Of a DNA stretch of 64,000 nucleotides, positions 20,992 through 31,369 are shown piece by piece. Each line of letters starts with the position of its first letter. The first letter of the stretch is position 1. The stretch comes from Candidatus Krumholzibacteriia bacterium. Its GTDB lineage: Bacteria; Krumholzibacteriota; Krumholzibacteriia; LZORAL124-64-63. Position numbers and translations under genes: made by a program. The notes beneath the pieces are model-generated. The model saw only the letters and a program-made list of their open reading frames with translations. It was not told the DNA's origin and did no database searches. Where the stretch lies: the NCBI GenBank assembly GCA_050174015.1, contig JBFXKG010000001.1, forward strand, positions 64,001 to 128,000, in the 5' to 3' direction.

Positions 20992-21885
20992 TCAGCCCTC
21001 CTGCGCCATCTTCCTCGCTCCGTCGGCGGCCCCGGCCTTGCGGTCCTGGGCCGCGATCAGCTTCCGGATCATCTTCAGATCCCGCCCCTGCAGCTGCAAG
21101 GCCGCCTCCACCCAGATCTCGGTGATCCGGATCAGTTCCTCGTAGGTCAGGGGATTGACGCAGCGCCGCACCTGGTTCAGCGCCAGGTGGGCGTTGTGGC
21201 GGCGCTCGTGCCGCTGCAGGTAGTCCAGGACGGTCCGCTCGCCCTGGCCGTCGTCCGCCAGGATGTCCACCAGGCCGAGATCGCGCATCTGCTCGGCGGT
21301 GAGGATCTCGCCGGTGGTGATCAGCCGGTCGGTGATGTCGGGGGTCGTGCGCCGGATGAGGAAGCTGTAGGCGCCCATGCCGGGAATGAGATTGAAGAGG
21401 ATCTCGGGCAGGCCGAAGCGGGCGCTGCGCTCGGCCACCACGATGTTGCTGCTGATGGCGGCCTCGCAGCCGCCGCCCAGGGCCTCGCCCTTGACCAGGC
21501 TGATGGTGGTCATGGGCAGGTCGAAGTGGACGGCGTTGGGATAGAGGACGTCGATGCAGGCGGTCGCGTAGTCCAGCAGGCCCCGCCGGTCGCGGGCGGT
21601 GATCAGGCGCAGGAAGAGCTCCAGATCGCCCCCCAGGTTGAACACCCCCGGGGAAAGGCTGGACAGCACGGTGTAGCGGACGGGCAGGGCGAGGTCACGG
21701 GCCTGGGCCTTCCGGTTGGCGTCGACGATGGTCCGGTGCAGGTGGCGAAGCTCCGCCAGGATGCCCAGGTTGAAGCAGGGCCGAGGCCGGGGGGACAGGG
21801 CGTACCAGAGCGCCCGGAAGCGCCGGTCATACCGCACCATGACCTGCCGGTAGTCGTTGCGGATGGAGATGAAGCGGTCATCCAT
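20992..21885 (-). CDS. rpfF: RpfF-like diffusible signal factor synthase (crotonase superfamily)
   Basis: RPCFN, FNLGGDL, ALGGGCEAA and GLPEILFNLIPGMGAYSFL, with both catalytic Glu; convergent with the RpfC-like kinase. Confidence 0.85.
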   Translation of the reverse strand: MDDRFISIRNDYRQVMVRYDRRFRALWYALSPRPRPCFNLGILAELRHLHRTIVDANRKAQARDLALPVRYTVLSSLSPGVFNLGGDLELFLRLITARDRRGLLDYATACIDVLYPNAVHFDLPMTTISLVKGEALGGGCEAAISSNIVVAERSARFGLPEILFNLIPGMGAYSFLIRRTTPDITDRLITTGEILTAEQMRDLGLVDILADDGQGERTVLDYLQRHERRHNAHLALNQVRRCVNPLTYEELIRITEIWVEAALQLQGRDLKMIRKLIAAQDRKAGAADGARKMAQEG

Positions 21886-22154
21886 GACCACGAAATCCTC
21901 AGGCGATGGGACCATGCCGGGACCTGCTGGAGAAAGGGAAGGGCCCCGACCTCCGGTAAGGGGAAACCGATGACGTCCTATAGAGTATACCAGACCAAGA
22001 AGAGCCAGAAAAGATAATTGATCAAATGGCAAAGGAGGAGTCGGCGGGGAGCCTGCGAGCGAAACCTTTCGGGGATTGGGAAAAGGGTGATGGGAGGCTG
22101 GTCCAGGGCAGGACGGTGCCCCGGACTCTGCCCCGGGATTTGAAGAATCATGAA

Positions 22155-22183
22155 GCAGAGGGGTTCGATCCGAACCCCTCTGC
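22155..22183. terminator. Perfect 13-bp hairpin in the rpfF-suf intergenic region
   Basis: GCAGAGGGGTTCG-atc-CGAACCCCTCTGC; only short T/A flanks. Confidence 0.5.
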
Positions 22184-22566
22184 GACCTGATAAGTCAAAT
22201 GGGAGGGAATGCCGAATGCCATCCAGAGGCGGCTCGGCAGCCGGGAGCCATTAACCGAATCCTGTCGGTGAATTTACCTGCCGTTCATCCGATTGGTCTA
22301 GTTTATCGCCCGGAAGCCTGCGCAGCCGAAACCCTGCCCTGCCGAGGACGCGTCCATGTCATTGCGCCCCCGTGACCCCTCCCACGACGATACGGTCCTT
22401 CCCACGCGCCTGCTTCGTTCCTGTCTGAAGGCTAGACCGGATGAGGCCGAAACAGCGCCCATCGCCTGGCGGGGGAAATGACGATATTGAGTTACGGACT
22501 GCTGGCGATCGACGGGGAACATGGCCCATGATGATTCTTCAGACAGGGCGACAGAACGAGTGGGGG

Positions 22567-23049
22567 CTACTCGGTCCGGACCGGATCCGCCTCCCCGCTC
22601 TTCCCGTCCACGCTCTCGAGGATCACTTCCAGCGCCCGCCACGGCAGGGTGGCGCACTTGACGCGGGTGGGGAAGTCCTTCACGCCCCCGAACACCGCCA
22701 GCTTGCCCAGCCCCTCTGGGTCGGGCGTCTTCTCGCCGCTGGTCAGCATCTCCAGGAAATCGTCCAGGATGCCCCGGATCTCCTCCACCTTGCGCCCCCG
22801 GAGAACCTCGGTGAGCATGGAGGTCGACGCGGTGAAGATCGCGCAACCCTCGCCCTCGAAGCTCAGGTCCTCGATCACCCCGTCCCGCGTCTTGGCGTAG
22901 AGGGTCAGCTTGTCCCCGCACAGGGGATTGTAGCCCTCGGTGTGGCGGCACTCGGCCCCGTCGTCGCACGCGTGGATGACCCGCTTGTTGCGGGGGTGCC
23001 GTCCGTGGTCGAGGACCAGCTGCTGGTAGAGGTCGCGCAGGTCGCTCAT
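22567..23049 (-). CDS. sufU: SufU/IscU-type Fe-S cluster assembly protein
   Basis: LRDLYQQLVLDH, NPLCGD, GEGCAI and RVKCATLPW; ATGA overlap with sufS. Confidence 0.93.
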   Translation of the reverse strand: MSDLRDLYQQLVLDHGRHPRNKRVIHACDDGAECRHTEGYNPLCGDKLTLYAKTRDGVIEDLSFEGEGCAIFTASTSMLTEVLRGRKVEEIRGILDDFLEMLTSGEKTPDPEGLGKLAVFGGVKDFPTRVKCATLPWRALEVILESVDGKSGEADPVRTE

Positions 23050-24299
23050 GCTGCGAAGAACTCCTTCACGCGCTGCAGGCCTGCGGCCAGGGCGTCGAGG
23101 TCGCTGCGGGTGTTGTAGATGCCCAGGCTGGCGCGCGTGGTGGCCGGCACGCCGAACCGCTCCATGACCGGCTGGGCGCAATGGTGGCCGCTGCGCACCG
23201 CGATGTTGTCGGCGGCCAGGAAGGTGCCGATGTCGTGGGGATGCACCCCGTCGAGAACATAGGAGAACAGGCTGACCCGTTCCGGCGCGGTCCCGATCAG
23301 ACGCAGGCCAGTGATCGAAGCCAGGACCTGTTCTCCATGTTCCTGCAGGGCCCGCTGGTGGCTCTCGATGGCCTCCCAGCCGATGGCCTCGACGTACTCG
23401 ATGGCCGCACCGAGGCCCACGGCCCCGCCGATGTTCGGGGTGCCCGCTTCGAACTTCTGGGGCGCCGGCGCGAAGGTGGTTCCGCTGAAGCTGACCGAGC
23501 GGATCATGTCGCCGCCGCCCTGGAAGGGGGGCATGGCTTCGAGGTGCTCCAGCATGCCGTAGAGGGCGCCGATGCCCGACGGCCCGTACAGCTTGTGCCC
23601 CGAGAAGGCATAGAAGTCGCAGCCGATCTCCTGCACGTCCACCGGCAGGTGCGCCACGGCCTGGGCCCCGTCCACGAGGACGGGAACCCCCTGGGCATGG
23701 GCGAGGCGGGTCATCTCCCCGACGGGATTGACCGTGCCCAGGGCGTTGGAGACGTGGGCGAAGGCGGCGAACCTGGTGCGCGGGCCGAGCAGCCCGGCGA
23801 AGGCCTCGAGGTCGACCACGCCCCGGGCGTCGATGGGGGCGACCTTCAACTCGGCTCCGGTCTCGGCGCAGATCAGCTGCCAGGGCACGATGTTCGAATG
23901 GTGCTCGAGGTGGGTGATCAGGATCTCGTCGCCGGGGGCCAGACGGGGTTTCGCAAAGCTGCGGGCCACGAGGTTGACGGCCTCGGTGGTCCCCCTGACG
24001 AACACGATCTCGCGGTCATCGGACGCATTGAGGAACCGGCGGACGCTCGCACGCGCCCCCTCGTACCGGGCGGTCGCCGTCTCGCTCAGCTTGTACACGC
24101 CGCGGTGGATGTTGGCGTACTCGAAGGCCTCGAAATGGCGGACGGCGTCCAGTACCTGGTGCGGTTTCTGGGCGCTGGCCGCGCTGTCCAGGTAGACCAG
24201 GGGCTTGCCGTTCTCCGTCACCGCGAAGACCGGGAAATCCCCCCGCCAGGGGCTGGTCGTCCCCGGAACGGGCGCGGCGGTTTCCAGCGATTCCTTCAT
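23046..24299 (-). CDS. sufS: SufS cysteine desulfurase
   Basis: YLDSAASAQKP, FSGHKLYGP (PLP Lys), RSGHHCAQP. Confidence 0.97.
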   Translation of the reverse strand: MKESLETAAPVPGTTSPWRGDFPVFAVTENGKPLVYLDSAASAQKPHQVLDAVRHFEAFEYANIHRGVYKLSETATARYEGARASVRRFLNASDDREIVFVRGTTEAVNLVARSFAKPRLAPGDEILITHLEHHSNIVPWQLICAETGAELKVAPIDARGVVDLEAFAGLLGPRTRFAAFAHVSNALGTVNPVGEMTRLAHAQGVPVLVDGAQAVAHLPVDVQEIGCDFYAFSGHKLYGPSGIGALYGMLEHLEAMPPFQGGGDMIRSVSFSGTTFAPAPQKFEAGTPNIGGAVGLGAAIEYVEAIGWEAIESHQRALQEHGEQVLASITGLRLIGTAPERVSLFSYVLDGVHPHDIGTFLAADNIAVRSGHHCAQPVMERFGVPATTRASLGIYNTRSDLDALAAGLQRVKEFFAA

Positions 24300-24327
24300 G
24301 GGTGTACCCAGTCCTCCCGGTTTCCGA

Positions 24328-25626
24328 TCACAGGCCCCGGTCCAGCTTGGCGTGGACCGCGGCGATCAGTTCGTCCCTCAGTGCGGGGACCTCCACCGGT
24401 TCGACGACCTCGCCGGCGAAGGCGTACGCCAGAAGGTTCCGCGCCGTGGCCTCGTCGAAGCCGCGGCTGCGCAGGTAGAAGACCTGGTCGTCGGACAGCT
24501 GTCCGGTGGTCGATCCGTGGCTGCACTTGACGTCGTCGGCGTAGATTTCCAGGCGGGGGATGCTGCGGCTGACGGCGTCCTCGCTCAGCAACAGGTTCCG
24601 GTTGGTCTGGAAGGCCTGCGTCTGCTGCGAATCGCGGGCCACCTTGATCATGCCGTCGAACACGCCCTGGCTCTTGCCCAGGAACAGGCCCTTGTAGAGC
24701 TCGTCGGTCGTGCAGCCGGGGGCGTCGTGAAGGACGCGGGTGCGGACGTCCGCCTTCTGGCCGCCGGCCGCCAGGGTGAGTCCCGCCAGCTCGCAGGTCG
24801 CCCCGGATCCGGCCAGGGCGAGGTGCACCTCGCGGCGCAGCAGACCTCCGCCCAGCAGGAACTCCCGCGAGCGGTAGGTGCTGCCCGATTCCTGGCGGAC
24901 GTGGGACGAGCCGTAGTGAAGGACGCCTTCGGTCTCGTCGAACCACTTCAGGTGGGTGATTCCGGCGTTCTCGCCGCAGATCACTTCGGTCACCGGTGCG
25001 ACCAGGACCTGCCCCTCAGGGCCGCCCACGTAGCGCTCGATCACGGTGGCCTTGCTGCCGGGCCCGGCGGTGATCAGGTTGCGGGGGGCGACCAGGGCGC
25101 CTTCGGCCTGACCGTCGGTCACGAAGACCAGTTCGATGGGCTGCTCGATCCGTGCGCCGGCGGCCAGCTCCAGCTTCAGGCCGTCGTGCCAGAAGGCCGT
25201 GTTCAGGGCGGTGACGGCGGCGTCCGAGATGTCGGCGACGGTCCCCAGGGCCTTCGTGTCGCCCGCCTCGGCCAACGATCCGATCGTCAATCCGGCAGGG
25301 GGAACGACCAGCGGGGAGGACAGATCCGGCTGGAAGCGCCCGTTCACGAACACCAGGCGCAGGGCGCCGATCTCCGCAGGCAGCGCGAGACCGGCCAGGG
25401 GTTTCACCAGGCCGGGTCGGGGCATGAAGGCGCCCTCTGCCAGCGGCCGGATGTCGCCGTACTTCCATTCCTCGCGGCGGGCCACGGAGAAACCGAGGCC
25501 CTGCACGCGGGTCAGCCCCTGCTCGCGAAGGGCGGCCCCGTTGATCCCCAGGCTGCGCAGGGTCCCCAGATACCCGGGAAACAGGTCGGCGTAGCGGGCG
25601 GCGGCGTTCAGGGTGGCGGTGTTCAC
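24328..25626 (-). CDS. sufD: Fe-S cluster assembly protein SufD
   Basis: EEWKY, FVNG and PRLEIYADDVKCSHGST...FYLRSRG. Confidence 0.95.
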   Translation of the reverse strand: MNTATLNAAARYADLFPGYLGTLRSLGINGAALREQGLTRVQGLGFSVARREEWKYGDIRPLAEGAFMPRPGLVKPLAGLALPAEIGALRLVFVNGRFQPDLSSPLVVPPAGLTIGSLAEAGDTKALGTVADISDAAVTALNTAFWHDGLKLELAAGARIEQPIELVFVTDGQAEGALVAPRNLITAGPGSKATVIERYVGGPEGQVLVAPVTEVICGENAGITHLKWFDETEGVLHYGSSHVRQESGSTYRSREFLLGGGLLRREVHLALAGSGATCELAGLTLAAGGQKADVRTRVLHDAPGCTTDELYKGLFLGKSQGVFDGMIKVARDSQQTQAFQTNRNLLLSEDAVSRSIPRLEIYADDVKCSHGSTTGQLSDDQVFYLRSRGFDEATARNLLAYAFAGEVVEPVEVPALRDELIAAVHAKLDRGL

Positions 25627-25628
25627 GG

Positions 25629-26405
25629 TCAGGCCTCCCCGCCGGTGGGGACGGCCTCGGCGAACTCGGCGCCCAGCCAGCCGTAGCCCTTCTCTTCCAG
25701 CTCCAGGGCCAGCTCCTTGCCGCCGCTCTTGACGATGCGCCCGGCGGCCAGGACGTGGACGAAATCGGGGACGATGTATTCCAGCAGGCGCTGGTAGTGG
25801 GTGATGACCAGGAAGCTCCGATCAGGCGCGCGCAGGGAGTTCACGCCCTTGGCCACGATCTTCAGGGCGTCGATGTCCAGGCCCGAGTCGGTCTCGTCCA
25901 GGATGGCGAAGGCGGGCTCCAGCAGGGTCATCTGCAGACATTCGTTTCGCTTCTTCTCGCCGCCGGAGAAACCGGCGTTCACCGAGCGGGTCATGAGCTT
26001 GGGGTCGAGTTCCAGCAGGCCGATCTTCTGCTTGGCGAAGTCGGCGAAGTCGAAGGCGTCCAGCTCGCTCTCGCCGCGGTGCTTGCGGTGGGCGTTGAGG
26101 GCGGCCCGCAGAAACTCGGCGTTGCTGAAGCCCGGAATCTCCACGGGGTACTGGAAGGCCAGGAAGATCCCCTCGCGGGCGCGTTCCTCGACGGCCAGCT
26201 CGGCCAGGTCGGAACCCTTGTAAAGGATTTCACCCTCGGTGACCTCGAAGGTCCCGCTGCCGGCCAGCACCTGGCTCAGGGTGCTCTTGCCCGAGCCGTT
26301 GGGCCCCATGATCGCGTGCACCTCGCCCGGCTTGATCTCCAGGTCGATGCCCTTGAGGATCTCCTTGCCCTCGACGGCGGCGTGCAGGTTGCGGATGGTC
26401 AACAT
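25629..26405 (-). CDS. sufC: Fe-S cluster assembly ATPase SufC
   Basis: GPNGSGKST, FQYPVEIPG, GFSGGEKKR, LDETDSGLD. Confidence 0.97.
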   Translation of the reverse strand: MLTIRNLHAAVEGKEILKGIDLEIKPGEVHAIMGPNGSGKSTLSQVLAGSGTFEVTEGEILYKGSDLAELAVEERAREGIFLAFQYPVEIPGFSNAEFLRAALNAHRKHRGESELDAFDFADFAKQKIGLLELDPKLMTRSVNAGFSGGEKKRNECLQMTLLEPAFAILDETDSGLDIDALKIVAKGVNSLRAPDRSFLVITHYQRLLEYIVPDFVHVLAAGRIVKSGGKELALELEEKGYGWLGAEFAEAVPTGGEA

Positions 26406-26450
26406 GTCTCTATCACTCCTTCGGCCCGTGCGTGGCCGGTCGGTTACGGG

Positions 26451-27896
<1,446 letters not shown>

Positions 27897-27927
27897 GATC
27901 TATCCTCGCTCCCTTGCCGGAAGTCGT

Positions 27928-28356
27928 TCACGACTTGCACTGCGGGGCGGCTGCCGCCGCCATCTGCGCCAGGGTCACCCCTTCGAGGGTGGCCTGGATC
28001 TGCCGGTTGATACCGCTCCACTGGTCCTGCAGGCCGCAGTCGAGCTGCAGCTGGCAGGAACAGTTCCCGCCGCTGGAGCATTCGGTCAGGGCCAGGGGCC
28101 CCTCGAGAGCGCCGACCACGTCGGCCAGGGTGATCTCCTCGGGGGACCGCGCCAGGCTGTAGCCCCCGGCGGCGCCCCGCTGGGACACCAGGAGGTCGGC
28201 CTTGCTGAGCAGCTTGAGGATCTTGCTCACCGTCGGCAGGGACAGCCCCATGGACGCGGAGAGGTCCCGGGCGGTCATCTGGGCGGGAGCGCCCTCCCCG
28301 GCGAGGCGGGTCATCAGTCCCACCCCGTAGTCCGTCAATTTCCCCAGGCGGATCAT
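27928..28356 (-). CDS. Rrf2-family SUF system regulator
   Basis: KLTDYG, winged HTH with S.RGAAGGY.LAR, Cys cluster ECSSGGNCSC.....C; first gene of the suf operon. Confidence 0.93.
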   Translation of the reverse strand: MIRLGKLTDYGVGLMTRLAGEGAPAQMTARDLSASMGLSLPTVSKILKLLSKADLLVSQRGAAGGYSLARSPEEITLADVVGALEGPLALTECSSGGNCSCQLQLDCGLQDQWSGINRQIQATLEGVTLAQMAAAAAPQCKS

Positions 28357-28368
28357 TCCGGTCTCCTT

Positions 28369-28427
28369 GATACAGTACCAAAATTGTACCGTATCGGTAA
28401 TGTAGGTCCGGGAAATCCGTATCGCAA
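28369..28427 (-). promoter_or_regulatory. Sigma-70 promoter of the suf operon plus palindromic operator
   Basis: Minus strand TTGCGA (28427-28422), 17-nt spacer, TACATT (28404-28399); inverted repeat GATACAGTAC-N7-GTACCGTATC at 28369-28395. Confidence 0.7.
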
Positions 28428-28700
28428 GAAAAAGTTTACGGAAAATGTATTCATTAAAAGAAGATATAAGTCATTTAAAAACAACACAATAAAATCAAAA
28501 TCCGGGTCCGGAAGCCGGGAACCGGCTCCAGGGGCGGTGGCGGACCGGGCAGTCGGATTGAAGGCTTCGTCCCCCTGGCAGGTCCCGGGAACTTTCTGGT
28601 ATATTGCCCCTGTTATACCTGCCCCTGATCGAAAAACCCGCCGGCCCCCCGGGCCGGCTTAATCGCCCGGGGATTCGACCCCAGGGCCTGGAGGACCATC

Positions 28701-29396
28701 ATGAACAGATTGTCGAAGACCATCCTGACCCCGGCGATCGTGGCCGTCATGCTCGCCGGGGCCTTCTCTGCAGGGGCCCAGAACCCGCCGCCGCCGTCCG
28801 GGAAGCAGAAGGGCCTGCAGAAGCCCATCTCGGGGGACGAGGTCAAGCCCGCTGAGGGGAGCCTTGGCAAGGACGTCATCCTGGTGTCCCTCAAGGGAGA
28901 CCTGATCGCCGTCAACGGGCAGCAGACGACCCTGGACGGGTTCTCCGCCGCCATGACCGCCGCAGCCGCCGGGGACCGCAAGAGCAAGAAGGTGGAGTTC
29001 GAGTGTGCGCCGGAGGTGACGGCCGACCAGCTCTACGCCGTCCAGTCGCAGCTGCAGGACCTGGGCATGAGCAAGGTCCGGTTCCGGTGGGGCGGCAAGG
29101 GCGGCCAGGTGCCCCTGGTGCTGCCGTCGGACGAGGCGCTCGCCCGCATGGCGAGCCTGCCGCCCGAGGACATCCTGGAGATCCGCCTGCACGACGACAA
29201 CACCATCACCGTCGAGGGCCACACCGCCGCGCCGGGCAAGCTGCAGTCGCGGATCGCCGAACGGCTGGCGGCCAACGACAAGATCGTGGTCTCGCTGATC
29301 CCCGACCACGATTGCCGCTACAACGCCATCGTGGGGGCCATCGACCGGCTCACCAACGCGGGCGCCCAGCGGATCGCGCTGAACGAGCCGCAATAA
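28701..29396 (+). CDS. Exported protein with two ExbD/TolR-like periplasmic domains
   Basis: Signal peptide (...AFSAGA-Q); two beta/alpha units ending LQDLGMSKVRF and LTNAGAQRIAL; GGAGG RBS. Confidence 0.7.
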   Translation: MNRLSKTILTPAIVAVMLAGAFSAGAQNPPPPSGKQKGLQKPISGDEVKPAEGSLGKDVILVSLKGDLIAVNGQQTTLDGFSAAMTAAAAGDRKSKKVEFECAPEVTADQLYAVQSQLQDLGMSKVRFRWGGKGGQVPLVLPSDEALARMASLPPEDILEIRLHDDNTITVEGHTAAPGKLQSRIAERLAANDKIVVSLIPDHDCRYNAIVGAIDRLTNAGAQRIALNEPQ

Positions 29397-29498
29397 CCGT
29401 CCATCCGAGCGGGGAATGGTTGCCAGGGCAACCATTTCCCGCCCAGAGGATGGATGCGGTGGGGCGCCCCCCCGGTCTCTCGACCTCCTCACCTGTAT

Positions 29499-31247
29499 CT
29501 ACTTGAGCATCATGATCTTGCATGATTCCGCATAACCTGATCCCGTCACCATCCGCAGGAAGTAGACGCCGCTGGGCATCACCGAACCGCCTGGACCGGT
29601 CCCATCCCAGCCGTACTGGTCGGAGTAGGTTCCTGCGGGGAGAACTCCGTCCAGGACGGTTTTGACCTCACGGCCCCGCAGGTCGAAGACCGCGAAAGTC
29701 ACCCGATCCTCGGAGGCGAGGGAGAAACCGAAGGTGGTCCGGGGGTTGAAGGGGTTGGGGACCGCGCCATCCAGCCGCGAAATCGGATGCGGCGTTTCCG
29801 GCGCCTTGTCCGTCCCGATCCAGTCCCCCGTTGTCCAGACCGTGGAAAGGCCGAGGATGCCGGGCAGCTTCTCGAGGGGAAGGGCCTTCAGGTCGATGAG
29901 GGAATCGCTGGACGTCCCCAGCCCGATCCGGAAGGCGTAGGTTCCTACGGGGGCGGCTCCGGGAACCGTCTGGCTGATGCCTGACCGTCGAATCGTCGCG
30001 CCGGCGGGGAAGGTCACGGCCGGGTAGGTCTTCAGGAGGTGGATGCTGCCGTCGGGAAGAACGGCATCGACGCGGATTCCGGCTACGATGTCCAGGGAGG
30101 AGAGGTTCGTCACCTCGACGTCGAAGGAGAACTCGCCTCCTCCTGCGGGGATCTGGATGGGGGCGCCGGAACCGGTCAGGGTGAGGGCAAGCTGGTCCCC
30201 GCAGGGATCGCACCCGGCGGGAAGAGCGCCTATGAGCCCCATCCCGTTGCTGGTCTGCAGGGCGATGGAATCGGCGCAGGGAGCGAGATCTCCCGCGGCG
30301 GGATCGCAGAAGTGGGGATCCCCTTTCAGATCCGTCGGATCGGGGTTGAACCCGATGGCGGGGCCGGAAGCGTTGGCGAAGAAGATGTTCCGGCTTTCGG
30401 AAAGATCGTTGCCGCAGACGATGCCGTGACCCAGGGGATTGCTGCTGATGATGTTGCTCTGGATGACCACGTCATAGGTCGAGCCGACGTAGATCGAGCC
30501 CTGTGGTGATTCGTTGGCGAAAAAGCTGCAGTTGAGAATGGTGGCTGGAGCATCGTAGATGCGGACCGCCCCGCCCTGACCGCCGCTGTTGCCGAGGAAT
30601 CGGCAATCGCGGGCGAACATCAGGGAACCGGCGAAGTTGGCAATGGCCCCCGCCATGGAGTCGCTGCGGTTGCCCCGGAATTCGCAACCGATGAAGAAGC
30701 ACTGTGACTGCAAGGAAATCCCGACCCCGCCGGCGTTGAGGGGCGCCGTGTTGTCGATGAAGGAGCAGGACTGGAACGTGAGCACCGAACCGGAATGGCG
30801 GACGAACCCGGCTCCCCCGGTGTAGGTGGAAACGTTGTCGCGCAGGATGCAATCCTGGAGGATCGCACGCGACGCGGTGTCGACGTGGATGCCCGCTCCA
30901 TCGTAGGCGAAGCCGTTAATCAAGGAGAAGCCGGTGATCGTGAGGTTCCCACCGCCGGTCACCCACAGGCAGCGGGCGATTCCGCCTCCGTCGATGACGG
31001 TGACCGGCGCGTTCTCCCGGGCCTGCATGGTCAACCGTTTCCTGACGGTCAGGCTCTCGGTCCAGATGTCAGGCCAGACCTCGATCACGTCGTCGCCCAC
31101 CGCCGCATCGATCGCCGCCTGAATGGTGGTGAAGTCCCCCAGGCCGTCCTTGCGGACGGACCAGGTCGTGGCGGATACGATGGACGGCAAGGCAAGCGCG
31201 ATCACGAGGAGGGGAATCAAGAACGAACGGCGGATGCGGGGCGCCAT
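29499..31247 (-). CDS. Secreted right-handed beta-helix protein with C-terminal FlgD-Ig domain
   Basis: Signal peptide; DFTTIQAAIDAA; repeated C.F..N...GGA units; C-terminal AVPNPFNP...WDG..SGVYF. Confidence 0.85.
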   Translation of the reverse strand: MAPRIRRSFLIPLLVIALALPSIVSATTWSVRKDGLGDFTTIQAAIDAAVGDDVIEVWPDIWTESLTVRKRLTMQARENAPVTVIDGGGIARCLWVTGGGNLTITGFSLINGFAYDGAGIHVDTASRAILQDCILRDNVSTYTGGAGFVRHSGSVLTFQSCSFIDNTAPLNAGGVGISLQSQCFFIGCEFRGNRSDSMAGAIANFAGSLMFARDCRFLGNSGGQGGAVRIYDAPATILNCSFFANESPQGSIYVGSTYDVVIQSNIISSNPLGHGIVCGNDLSESRNIFFANASGPAIGFNPDPTDLKGDPHFCDPAAGDLAPCADSIALQTSNGMGLIGALPAGCDPCGDQLALTLTGSGAPIQIPAGGGEFSFDVEVTNLSSLDIVAGIRVDAVLPDGSIHLLKTYPAVTFPAGATIRRSGISQTVPGAAPVGTYAFRIGLGTSSDSLIDLKALPLEKLPGILGLSTVWTTGDWIGTDKAPETPHPISRLDGAVPNPFNPRTTFGFSLASEDRVTFAVFDLRGREVKTVLDGVLPAGTYSDQYGWDGTGPGGSVMPSGVYFLRMVTGSGYAESCKIMMLK

Positions 31248-31316
31248 GAGGTTTCTCCTTGGCCGGGGGGATGGGTCACCTGCCATGATTCTATCACAAC
31301 CTGGGATCCGACAATG

Positions 31317-31347
31317 AAAAAGCCCCGGACCTCGCGGTCCGGGGCTT
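31317..31347 (-). terminator. Rho-independent terminator after the lamin-tail gene
   Basis: Minus strand AAGCCCCGGACC-GCGA-GGTCCGGGGCTT running into a T tract, about 22 nt past the stop at 31370. Confidence 0.85.
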
Positions 31348-31369
31348 CGTCTCGTCCTTCAGAAAAGTG

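Noticed and set aside
22020..22560. Possible c-di-GMP riboswitch or small gene between rpfF and sufU (GGCAAA and GAAA seen)
   Set aside because: The GEMM P1/P2 pairing and GCAAAGC element cannot be assembled, the motif is on the opposite strand to rpfF, and no convincing ORF is present. An Rfam search would settle it.
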